A stretch of DNA of 64,000 nucleotides from Anthoceros angustus (lineage: Eukaryota > Plantae > Anthocerotophyta), in the NCBI GenBank assembly GCA_010909165.1, contig VJWM01000192.1, forward strand, positions 62,001-126,000, given 5' to 3'. The translations under genes were made by a program, and so were the position numbers. Shown here piece after piece: positions 20,801-33,100 of this stretch (position 1 is its first letter; each line of letters opens with the position of its first letter). The notes under the pieces were generated by a model that was not told where the DNA came from, did not search any database, and saw only the letters and a list, made by a program, of their open reading frames with translations.

Positions 20801-22237
20801 TTTAAATGCATGGCCGTACCCGAACCCATGACATTTGTGTGCCTCCTGCAGGCATGTGCAAGTGTCGGCACCGCCGCCTTGGAGACGGGGAAGCAGCTTG
20901 ATGTGCAAATCAGAGAGCGAGGACTTCAAGGTGATGTGTTTGTAACTAATAGTTTGGTGAACATGTACACAAAGTGTGGCAGTTTGGATCATGCTCAGAG
21001 AGTGTTTGATGGACTTGATAAAAAAGATGTAGTGACATGGACTGCCTTGATAGCAGGGTATTCCCAGCAGGGCATGGGGCGAAAATCCCTTCTTCTCCAC
21101 AGTGCTATGCTAGAGGAAGGCATGACTGTTCCCGATTCTGTGACATTTGTTTGCCTCCTGCAGGCATGTGCAAGTGTGGGCAGCCTGGCGTTGGAGAAGG
21201 GAAAGCAGCTTCATGCGCAGATCAAGCGAGGAGGACATCAAGCTGATGTGGTTGTAGCTAACTGTTTGGTGAACATGTATGCAAAGTGTGGGAGTCTGGA
21301 AGATGCTAAGAGAGTATTTGATGGACTGGGCCAAAAGGACGTGGTAACGTGGAATGCCATGATAACAGGATACTCTCAGCAGGGTATGGGGCAAGAGGCC
21401 CTTAGTCTTTATAGAGCTATGCAAGAGGGATGCATAGCTGTGCCCGATTCGGTGACATTTGTGTCCCTTCTACAGGCATGTGCAGATGTGGCAGCTTTGA
21501 ATGTGGGAAGGCGGATACATGCCCAGATTGTAGAACAAGAGCTTCAATTAGATTTGTTTGTAGCTGGCAGTCTGATTAACATGTATGGAAAGTCCGGGAG
21601 CATGGTTGATGCACAGCAGGTGTTTGATTCGTTGCCTGAACGAGACGTTGTCATCTGGAATGCACTGATCGGTGGCTACACATGTCAAGGAGCTACCGAA
21701 GTGGTCCTGGACTTGGTGACGAGTATGAGGGAGGATGGCATACGCCCAAACGGTGTCACATTCCTCAGTGCATTGACTGTGTGCAGTCATGCCGGTTTAG
21801 TGGACAAAGGGTGGGAGTACTTTGAGACTATGAGCAGACAATTTGGCATCAGTCCCACAGAGAACCACTACACATGCATGGTGGATCTCCTGGGTCGTGC
21901 AGGGCAACTGGATGAGGCACTACACTTAATAAGGACAATGCCTATACTCCCTAATACTGCGGTTTGGCATACTCTGTTGGGTGCCTGTAGAAAGTGGAGC
22001 AACGTGGAGGTGGGACTCCATGCTTTCAGGGGAGCAGTCAAGCTAGACAGGCAAAATGGCGCAGCATATGTGTTAATGTCAAACATTTACATGGGTGCCG
22101 AGATGTGGGAACGAGCAGAGCAGATGCAGGCCAGGAGAAAACGAATCAAGGCATGGAAGACGCCAGGTCAGAGCTGGTGGACAGACGAGGACGGACTGGT
22201 GCATAGCTTTCTGGTTGGGGATGACAAGCATTCCTAG
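17876..22237 (+). CDS. PPR3: long PLS-class PPR protein (about 34 motifs), E+ type, stopping just after a WW-type PG box; degenerate PDF motif
   Basis: 1453-aa ORF with 312-bp P-L-S triplet periodicity; ends WKTPGQSWWTDEDGLVHSFLVGDDKHS*. Confidence 0.92.
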   Translation: MKVGSFAIESRTGQGDPLLGQFSWTQGNGNSGIAGRASWGQTSRNQPSAQNQCGRSSTLSRKPARPRGCLAGGRCSSEEKLRRQHSLDSTLNRQNKKSRRSPDSQSHQTPEVLRLNNLQKPAWVDAHIAVLDSVMGRGASDRSLQDDPGPRRPAGDDRVVTAETVSRLCDAGLLTEAVEALDVLVHTDRCISKSLFYTVLKKCVAKKDVVLGSRVHAFVVRKGYQADTFLCNHILRMYASHNRLQDAIEVFDVVREPDAFMWSSIISAHVRHGEDKQALELYHRMRRSRVKPDGHVFVAALQACARGSDLKSGQQVHADVVSSGVQPHMFVWNCLVNMYAKCGSLKEAQKVFDGLCQKDVVTWTTMIAGYSQKDMGREALTLYSAMQEEGLTVPNSITFVSLLQACASVGTLALETGKQLHAQLRVAGHEADVAVANSLVNMYAKCGSLEDAHRVFVGLGQKDVVTWTTMIAGYSQQGMGQEALCLYSAMQEEGMSVPNSVTFVCLLQACASVGNLALENGKQLHAQISEGGHEADMFVANSLVNMYAKCGSLEDAQGVFDGLGQKDVVTWTALIAGYSQQAMGPKALHLYTAMQEEGMAVPNSVTFLCLLQACASVGTLALEKGKQLHAQIRRGGYQADVFVCNSLVNMYAKCGSLEDAQRVFDGLRQKDVVTWTAMIAGYAQQGMGVEALSLYSAMQEDGVAIPDSVTFVCLLQACASVGSSALEKGQQLHAQLKEGGHQADVVVANSLVNMYAKCGSLEDAQCVFDGLNQKDVVTWTVMIGGYSQQGRGLEALSLYSAMQEDGMAAPDSVTFVSLLQACACAGSPALEKGKQLHLEIKQRGHQADGFIANSLVNMYAKCGSLEDAQRVFDGIGQKDVVAWTAMIAGYSQQGRAQEALLLYSAMEEEGVAIPDSVTFVYLLQACAGMGTSALEKGKQLHVQIRERGFQAHALVANSLVNMYAKCGSFEDAQRVFKCMAVPEPMTFVCLLQACASVGTAALETGKQLDVQIRERGLQGDVFVTNSLVNMYTKCGSLDHAQRVFDGLDKKDVVTWTALIAGYSQQGMGRKSLLLHSAMLEEGMTVPDSVTFVCLLQACASVGSLALEKGKQLHAQIKRGGHQADVVVANCLVNMYAKCGSLEDAKRVFDGLGQKDVVTWNAMITGYSQQGMGQEALSLYRAMQEGCIAVPDSVTFVSLLQACADVAALNVGRRIHAQIVEQELQLDLFVAGSLINMYGKSGSMVDAQQVFDSLPERDVVIWNALIGGYTCQGATEVVLDLVTSMREDGIRPNGVTFLSALTVCSHAGLVDKGWEYFETMSRQFGISPTENHYTCMVDLLGRAGQLDEALHLIRTMPILPNTAVWHTLLGACRKWSNVEVGLHAFRGAVKLDRQNGAAYVLMSNIYMGAEMWERAEQMQARRKRIKAWKTPGQSWWTDEDGLVHSFLVGDDKHS

Positions 22238-22960
22238 GGTCAGCGTTCTAAATCCGACAAATTCCATCACGAAGGAAAGCGGATTTGTGCCACATCTTAA
22301 TCGACTCGGGAGGCACAGGTCATGAAACTGGTACACGCCCGTCCTCATAAGGGGAGATCCCCAGGATTAGCATGCGTCTCATCCCATGAGAAGGGAGCAA
22401 AGCAAGTTCATCGGTCGTCGGCCAAGCTTACCATTCTAGCCCCAGCTTTCCTGAAGATCCTATGAAACATACAGACCACTTCAGCTAAGGATGTGGTGAC
22501 ATGGAGTACCCTGGTTGCTGGGTATGCTCAGCAAGGGCTTGGTCAAGAGGCCGCTTGTTTGACATGGGCAAGTGGAGCAGAAGGGCCTGATTGTGAATGA
22601 CCATATTACTTTTGCTGCAAGGCAAGCACTGCTTCCTTACAGAAGCGCAGGCAGATGCACCCACAGACTATGGGAAGGACTGCTACATAGCGCACGGGTT
22701 GGCACCTGGCTGGCGGACAAGTATCGAAATGTGGTGAGCTGGATGCGGCAAGCCGGGACTTTGCCTGGTTGGCCACAAGAGATGTTTGAAGCTGAAGCTG
22801 CAGCGATTGAGTAGCTCTGAAGAGTCCCAAGCAGGAGGTCCAACAATGCCCATGACTTTGTAGGGCCCGAATCAGGGTTTCTAAACACATAATACAGAAG
22901 GTGGGCACCTCAGCTCTGGAGACCGCGGGGAAGCGGATTCATGGGCAAATTAGAGAAAGA
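22238..22960 (+). pseudogene. Decayed DYW remnant followed by PPR motif debris
   Basis: TKESGFVPHL after the PPR3 stop parallels MKKDGYVSHL of PPR2. 22485-22960 holds broken PPR motifs (aaggatgtggtgacatgg..., gtgggcacctcagctctggag). Confidence 0.7.
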
Positions 22961-23218
22961 GGATGTGTAGCAGCAACTGCCCATCAAGCTTGTGCTGCAT
23001 TTCACCGTCGGGTTAAAATCTGACAGTGCATTAAAATTATTCTGCGGTTGGCCTTGGAGCCAGGCAGTTCGTTGTGTTGGCCTTGGGACTCTTTGAACTT
23101 GCCGAACTTGTGTACATTTTCTCCTAACTCGGAGAACGGATCCGCTTCGTCAGAAATTAGTTTTTGGAAAACGAACTAACAGTGCAGCCCATCTAAATAC
23201 TCTGTCGTGACATCCCGG

Positions 23219-25254
<2,036 letters not shown>

Positions 25255-25693
25255 GGCTTCCTTTCTGCTCAAGGGTGCGGCAAGGCGGGGTGGCGAGGCA
25301 GGCCTGGGGTGGTGCAAGTGCCAACGTGCATGCCCGCGTGCTAGCGGGCCGATGGTGCGGGGTTTACGTTGATGGCGGGCTCCCGACGGGCCGCCGTGAG
25401 GCAGAGTGGAGCAGGCCGCAGTGAGGCCGAATTGAGCTTCCGACCAAATCTCTCGGTTCACAGCTAGCTAGGTTTATTCACCTTCTTGGTCCAAGTGCTA
25501 ATTTATCAGTTTCGTGCTCTTAAATGCAAAGGTATATAGATACTAATGTCTCACCTTTCCAGGCTATGAGCGAGGATTTTTCCCGGATTGTGCTAAAGCT
25601 TACTACAGTCGTAGGAATCAGGTGGTCGTCGGAACCAGGTGGGTCTCTTCTTCCTCGATGGTGGTTCTCTTTCGACAGCACGTATCCATTATC

Positions 25694-25865
25694 ACATATC
25701 CATTGTCTTGCAGAGGGCGCTAGCCAATGCTATTTGCTATTTACAGGATGGCAACGAGTACAAGAGACATGGCATCATATTCATTGTCTTGCAGAGGGCA
25801 CTAGCCAATGCTATTTGATATTTACAGGACGGCAACGAGTGCAAGAGATATGGCATCATATCCAT
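25694..25865. repeat. 81-bp tandem repeat x2; a partial further copy lies at about 44156-44190
   Basis: cattgtcttgcagagggc at 25701 and 25782; aggacgg.aacgagtgcaagaga.atggcatcat reappears at about 44156. Confidence 0.85.
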
Positions 25866-26026
25866 TAACCCCTCCCCCTTCGCCCAGACAAAGACCTCGT
25901 CACCCTTGGATTGCTCACTGTGCCCAAAACAATTTCTAGAACAATCTCCACTTGGGCTCCAAGATTTGTCCGCTGATATACACCCTTCCTCGCACAACAT
26001 ATCCGCCTCTACTTTGATAATCACGC

Positions 26027-29000
26027 TGCGTGGAAGACCACATGTGAACTAACCCCGCCTCAAGTGTCGGGTGAACGATTTTTTTTTGTTTTGGGTGTGT
26101 TAGAATAGCAGTGCTTTGAGAATCGTCGAGTCGGGTCTTTTATACGGAATGGTCCTTGGCCCTTGGAGATAATAATAATTTTTCGACCCTTAGGTTTGAC
26201 CCGGAGGGTGGGGTAGAAATAGAGTCCTTGGGTATTGGGAATTTTTAGAATAAAAGGTGTCTATATATGCTAGGGATGCTCACAATATGCCACGCCAGTA
26301 GTCAAGTGGGGTGGTGGCTAGTTCCACCACGGTAGAAACGGACGATGCCGTGGGGAATTTACAACCCTAGTGGCGGAGCGGACTACCACGGAGCGCAATC
26401 GGGAGAAGGGCACACCACATGAGGTCGCGACTTTCCGTGAGGGGCGGAGCGGAGCGAAGAAGAGGGGCGCGCGCATACCACGCCAGCCAAATCACCGCCT
26501 CACTGCAGGAGGAAGGCGCGCGACGATGAAGCGCGGCGGAGGAGAGAAATCGGGCGCCGCAAGTTCGCGAGGAGGCGTGGAAGGAGCGCGAGGGCGGCTT
26601 CGATTTTTTTCTCTCTTGACCGTGATCCGCAGGTAGTCGAGGTTTTGTTTTGGGAGACAACGAGAGAAGGAGATGGCGCCGAGCCGCGCCGAAATCTCAC
26701 TCACGCAAGGCCCAACATGGACCATCGGAAAGTGAGAGCCGGCACCGCGTGAGCCGGTCTCAAGTTCATGGAGAAGAAATGGTGCTACATGTACCGCATT
26801 GGTGCAAGAGTGCGCCCGCAATTAAGGACCAAGTCGCAAGAGGGTGACGCGAGGAAAAGGCCGCAGAATCGGATTTGGCCCTCTTTCGAGCAGGTATGGG
26901 CGAGAAGCATCGAGGATGGGAGCTTGGTGATTGACCCCAAAGAAGACCTTGAAAGCAGCGCCGCTCATGAAGCCTGGGAAGTGAGAGTGAACAATGGGTG
27001 ACTCGCCAACTCGTGTTCTACCGGTGGGGATTGGCCAAATGGATTTTGTGTTCCATGTAACCGTCGGATCATATGGCGGATCACTTCTTGGTTTTTCTTC
27101 ACGAGGTGGTCAAGGGTACACAAATTGATTGGGGAGGATGATTTTCGAAAGAGCCTGAGGAGAAGGCGAATTTACTCTCTTCTTCCCTCGGCCCTCCTTG
27201 ATTTCGCCTTTTCCGATTCATGTATTTGCGCATTCCGTGTTTAACTGAGTTGAAGTCGTCCCCGCATGGTTGGAAGCCGGTGGAACTCAAGGTAGAAGAG
27301 GAGGAATTGAAGGAGGATTCGGGCAAGGATTCCAGAGTGCGCCCTGGAAGGTTGGAAGAGGGTGGGAAGTTTCCAAGGGTAAGAAGCGAAGGGCGGCAGT
27401 CGACGGGATCGGCGAAGAAGGGAGGGCACGCAGAGGAGGAACCCACAGCCACACCTGTGGTCACCAGTCAAGACGGCAGCAGAACGCGGTAAAGGAGGAA
27501 AAATAAAAGGGAAATGGCAAGTTGCTCCCTCCCAGTGCAGGGATGAAGCTAGGGGAGAATGAAGCGAAGAGGAAGTGGCATCAACCCCTAGGAGAGGAGG
27601 GTTAACTTCAGCGAGACCGCAACGGAGCTCCGGACATTTTTGGCGACATTTCACCGAACCGTCCTGAGGTGGGGATAGGAGACACCGCGATACAGAATTG
27701 TTGTGGAGGCGGATGGGCAAGGGACAGCCCAATTTGGGGATTTGCGACTGCCATGGCATGACGCAGTGATCTCCTCGATCAAGCGACCATGGCTCTCACT
27801 TGGCCGAGTGTGCAAGGCCAACAGGAGAAGTTGCTCAAGGAGAAGTTGGAGAGCCCGAAGGCGAGAGCAAGGCGGCCGAGGAGCGCAGACGGAGTGCGGC
27901 GGCCTTATGCAAGGCACAGGAGCGCTTAAGGCACATGTCCACTCAGAAGCTTTAGTAAATCAGTCAAGGGGCGATGCTACAATTGAAGAGCTTCGATGAG
28001 GTCTCGCGAGTCCAGAGCAGTGTGGAAGCGATGGCGCCTTGGAGAAATTCAAGAAGTCATGAGAGGTACAAGCGGAAGAGACGAAGCTAGGCCGAGTCAA
28101 GAGAGAGGTGGCCAAACCAAGAAGGCCGAGCAACCACCGCAGAGCCAAACAACCACCGTGGAAGCAACCACCACGGTGGCTAAACCAGCCACCGCCGTGG
28201 AACGGGAACCGAGGTGGGGAAGTCACCGGAGTGTCGCAGATGGAGGGACAGATCCCGAGAATCAACAGCCTGTGATTGTCCACGGAGGAGAGGGTAAGGA
28301 CCTCTCAGATCGAAGACAGTTACGGCGTCCGGATGAGGATGCTCATGTCCTCGGCTTCGCGCATGGTGAGCGGTGCTCACCTAAACGTGTATGTGGTTGT
28401 TGGGACAGGAGGGGCGTAAACCACCGCTGTACATCTTGACCGCCACAGGCTACTGCTGGTTCCTTCGAGTAGGAGCGGGCGCCTATCCTCCGCAAGTGGT
28501 GCCGGAAGAGATGAGCGAGGCGGCCGAGCATGGAGGGAGGAGCACGGTATGGTTGTCCAAATGAGGAGGAGCGGGACAATGGACATAGAGGTCACAAAGG
28601 CAACGTCCTGGAAGGCGCGAGGGAAATTCAGGCGGTGAGGCGAGGTGGAGGTTGTGGGGAAAATCGCTCGGATCGAGGCGAGGTCAAGAGCGAGAGGGGT
28701 CCCCATGGGCCGTGGGGCGAGGCAAAGAATCGGAGGGCAGCGCTGATTTTAGGAGTCGCGATAGCCTAGGACCGGGTTTTTCGAGAGGATAGGGAGTTCC
28801 ATCAGAGAGTCATTGTTGCTTAGATTGGTAAGGCGCCGTGGTAGGAGCTACAATTTTAGACACTAAAGAGAAGTGAGCCGTGTTGGACCACGCCCGGATG
28901 TATAAGAGACCCTTTGGGTGTCTCTCAAGGCATTTCGTGTGTGAACTTCCGTGTATCGAACCGAGTGGGGTTGATTGGAGACGTCCGTCAAGATCAAACG

Positions 29001-29716
29001 GCGCACCGCCTTCGTCACAAGAAGGCCGGAAGATCTCGGATGGTCGAGAGCGGAGTGGCCAAGCTCCACGCCCGGGTAACGGAAGGTGGCCGAAAAGAGG
29101 TAGGATTGCCGTGGACGGCCGAGGCGGAACTGGAAGGCGAATCGCCCAAGCACGACCGGGTTTTCTTCCGATCCTCTTCCAACCGCCGCCACTGTGTGTG
29201 TTCATTCCATGAGAGAGGGGTCTGTGTGGCCCAAGGAGGTCTGTGGCCCAAGGGAAAGGGGTCTGTGGCCCGTGAGACGAGGGAGAGTTCATTGGGAAGG
29301 GAAAGGTTCCGGGAGAAGTTGTGCTGGGAGGGATTGTGAGAGCGTGAGGGAAAATCAAAGGGAGGGGGGAGGAAGCGTGGTGGATCGCAAATTCCGTAAG
29401 GTGAGGCGTATAGGTGTCCGATAGCCTAGGTCCGTGTTAGAGAAGTCGGATTTAATAGACTCCGCGAAAGGCGGCGCGCTGTGGTGGGACCCGCCACAGT
29501 GGCTGAACCGGCCACTGCGGTGGCCGAGTCTACCACGGTGGTGGGTTTGGGCAGCTGGAGAAGGTGGGGTAGTGAGCGACGGGGTAGGTCTAGAATCCAT
29601 AGATTCAGAACACCTTGACACAACACCATTCCCTTGGGATCGAATCCTAGGACTATAACGACATAGAGGGTAAATGTGGCCTCTTTGCGTCTTCGGATGC
29701 AAAAACCCATTCCACA
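26027..29716 (+). repeat. 5' LTR (about 3.7 kb)
   Basis: Colinear with 38524-42363; ends aaaaacccattccaca. Confidence 0.9.
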
Positions 29717-29735
29717 TTTTGGCGTTCGGGAATGA
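29717..29735 (+). other. Primer binding site-like sequence
   Basis: ttttggcgttcgggaatg directly after the 5' LTR; the TGG complements tRNA CCA. Priming tRNA not identified. Confidence 0.55.
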
Positions 29736-30199
29736 AACTGTCAAGGTTATAGGGGACTAACCATAGCTTAGGTGTCTAGTTTTGGAGTGTATCTAGTTAG
29801 GTAGATGGATGCCACGGTTGAGTCGAGGGTTCAGAGTCAAGTCGGGACGGAAGGCCACACGAGAAGCGACAACGCCAAGCACCGGAAAGGTTAAAAGGGT
29901 TGCAAAACCGCGAGTTGAGGAGGGTCCACCAAGACGACCTGCTGGAAGGAGAAGGAGGTAAGGAAGCAACCAGGGGACGGGGGTCCGATCTTGTTGGAGC
30001 AAGATCCCCAACCTCTGGACTTGGACGAGGTACCACCGCCAAGGAACCTCGGACCAATTCCATCCACTGACCTCTTCCAAAAGTGTGCAGACTGTTGGAG
30101 ATCAATCGACTCCCGCAGGAACCGTTGTTGGACCAACCACAGTCGCTGAATCAGCAACGATAGTCATGACCACCACCACACCGGTGGTGGTCACCACCA

Positions 30200-33100
30200 A
30201 GCAACCTTACCACTGTATGGAGAGGGAAGGGGTATGAAGACCCGATGAATTTGTTGAGCGCTTTGAGCACCGACATTTGCAAAACCAGAAGGAGATGCAC
30301 AGATTCATTGTTCTATGGAGTTCTTCGGGGTCCAAATATAGGCGAATACCTCAAGTCACCACACCTCCAAAGAACCTATGAAGAATTAAAACCGCCTGTG
30401 AAAGGTTCGGGGGCTTGACGAGGGATACGTGTTGTCCAAGCTTGAAAAGCAGAGGAAAGAAGGAAACCTTGCAGCGTATGTGGAGAGGTTTCACCACGCG
30501 ATCAAGTGGCCCTCACTCGAGTTGCAGCAATACGGTGGTTCGCTAAAGGCCCGGGTTCTAAGATGGGGAGACACGAAGGTTACAAGCGGAGAAGAATTTG
30601 GGCAAGGCTATCAAGGCGCTAAACTATGAGGAATCCAACCCGCAAGGGAGGAGGAAGGCTAAGAAGGAGAAGAAGAAGCCGGATCGGAAAAAGAAGGATC
30701 CTCATCCTCCTCGGAAGGAAGTTCATCGTGAAGAAAGCTCCATGTAAGATTCCAGAAAGTTCCTGAGGAGGAAACGAGTGATTCGGAGGAAGCGCCATCG
30801 ATGAGGAGCGCCAAATGGAAAAAGAAAATGAAGGGTCGTGCACGGACAACAAGGAGCGGCAAGGGCAAAACAGAGGCGAAAGATGAACAAGGAGAAGGAG
30901 GTGGCAGCCAAGAAAGTAGAACAACAGGGAACAAGATGGAGGAGATGATGGCAAAATTCGAGAAATTCCATCTTAATGCGGTCAAGGAACATGAGAGGCG
31001 GAGAGTCACACGAACCCACGAGCCAACCTCTTCTGCTCAACGTGGGCAGGGACACTCCAAAGCTAATTGTCCGACGACAAGGGTACACCGGGATATGAGG
31101 AAGAGGAGGAAGAGGGTCCGTGGAAGATACATACCGATCCGGAGGTTCAACAACCAAGTGTACCCAAAGACCATGTACCCGCCAACCTACGTAATTCCAC
31201 GGGTAGGCGTCAGAATCACCGGGTAACAATCCAATGGGTACCGCCTTGTGCTATAATTGTCGCAACCTTGACACTATGCGCATGCCTTATCCAACTCCAA
31301 GGCAATGGAGATTTTGATAAACTATGTCAAGATTGTAGCAGCAGGGCATTTGGCGAAGTGTGCTCGCCAAAGCCCCAAAGACGGTGAGGATCGCGCACCA
31401 CCCGTAACGGGAGTTCACGCACCAACCCAAGTCCTGTCCGCCATGCATGTTGAGGACGCACTTATGGCGGTATGGGAGGATGCCGAGATTGGAACCCCGA
31501 GGAGCTTGGAGGGATTAGACGCAGAGGAAGCGATTATTATGGGGAAGCCTCCGCCATGGTCGTAGAACAAGGAGCACAAAAGCAAAAGAGAGGCGACGGG
31601 GAAAAAGAAGAAAGGAGGCGGATACGACCACGGATCGATGAGGGAGAGAGTGTCGCCACCAGGGCGGAAATACCAACACCGGAACGGCCAAAGACGAAAA
31701 ACAAGTCCTGCAGTGACTTGGCGGATGGACCATATGTGCAAAAGAGTGATGCACCGAGACTTGAGTGTTCCAGGGCGGAAAGGTGAATGAAGGGGTCTTG
31801 ATGGAAGAAGGGGTGGAACCCTACCGATTTCGAGAAAGTTACCGAACCGAGTTAGGGTTTCCACCGGACGACGGGAAGTCATGGATATGATACAAGAAGA
31901 ATTGGCAAGGAGGCTACGGGGAAAAGGCGGGGTGTCGATTTCCACCACCCTGTGGGAGTCCACCACCCCACCGGAAGGGCCACCGTACCCCAAGTCATGA
32001 CGAACCGGAACCCACAACCAACCAAACTCGGATGGCGAAGGTCGCCACCGCTTCTTCAATCTCGCCGAGGCCATCATGGACCAACATTTCATGATCACAT
32101 TCGGACAACTCCTCCGAGACAATCCGCGTATAGGCAACATCGAGGGCGTTAAAAGAGGCGCAACCCAAAAGAGGCGCAATGTTCCTATACACCCCAGCCG
32201 CCATGTGAACTTGGTATCCATGGTGGATCAAGGCCCAGCCGAACTCCAGGTGGAAATTTCGGGATGTGTCATTAAAGGAGTGCCTCTCGACACGGGGTCG
32301 GGTGTAAATATTATGACAGAAGACACGGCTAGGAAATTGGGCTTGGATATTGAACATACTACCAAGGTTTTGCGGCTAGCCGACATGTCCAGAATGGTGC
32401 CGGTGGGGGAACTGACAGGGGTGCTAACGACCATTGGAACCATCCCCTACTTGATGGATTATGTAGTCATCCAGCAAAAATCGCCAGGGTACGACGTCCT
32501 AATTGGCCGAACATGGATGTACGCATCGCAATGCACGCTCAAGTGGGGCAGAAAGGAAGTCGGTTTTAAACCGTTGGAATGGGATCCCAAGACCAAGGAG
32601 GGAAGGATGTGCCTATCGTGGAGTAAGGACATGTATGTGTGAAACTCCAATCAAATGTAGGGGTACACTCGGCAGAGGACACGGGGAGATGGAAGAGGAA
32701 GATAGGTTCCTGTCACACATCTCATGGTCTCGATGAGGAGCGGACTACCGCAGAGATATCCCATATACAATTAACCCGTGAGGGTCACATGCAACCGAAT
32801 GCTCCGGAAGGGGTCCGGCGGTGGATTCAAGCAGTGGAGAAAGTCGGAGGAGGCGCCACGCTTCACGCCGGAGGATTTGTTTAGGAATGGGGCATGAGAG
32901 AAGAGGAACCGCGGAGCCGAAGAAGGATTCGGGTTAGCACCGCACGAGAGCGCGAGTGGGTACAGATGAAGTCAAGGACGTTGAGGTTCTTCCGGAAGGT
33001 GCTCAAATTCTCCGTAACAATGGATGCGGCGTTGAGGAAGGAATGAAGCAACCGCTGCGTAATTTATCGATGTTTTCGCCGAGGTAGACATGAAGGGATC

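Noticed and set aside
14174-21790. Many antisense and alternate-frame ORFs over the PPR genes (also 62858-63964, 368 aa)
   Set aside because: They are shadows of the repetitive PPR coding strand, with the same periodicity and no independent motifs.
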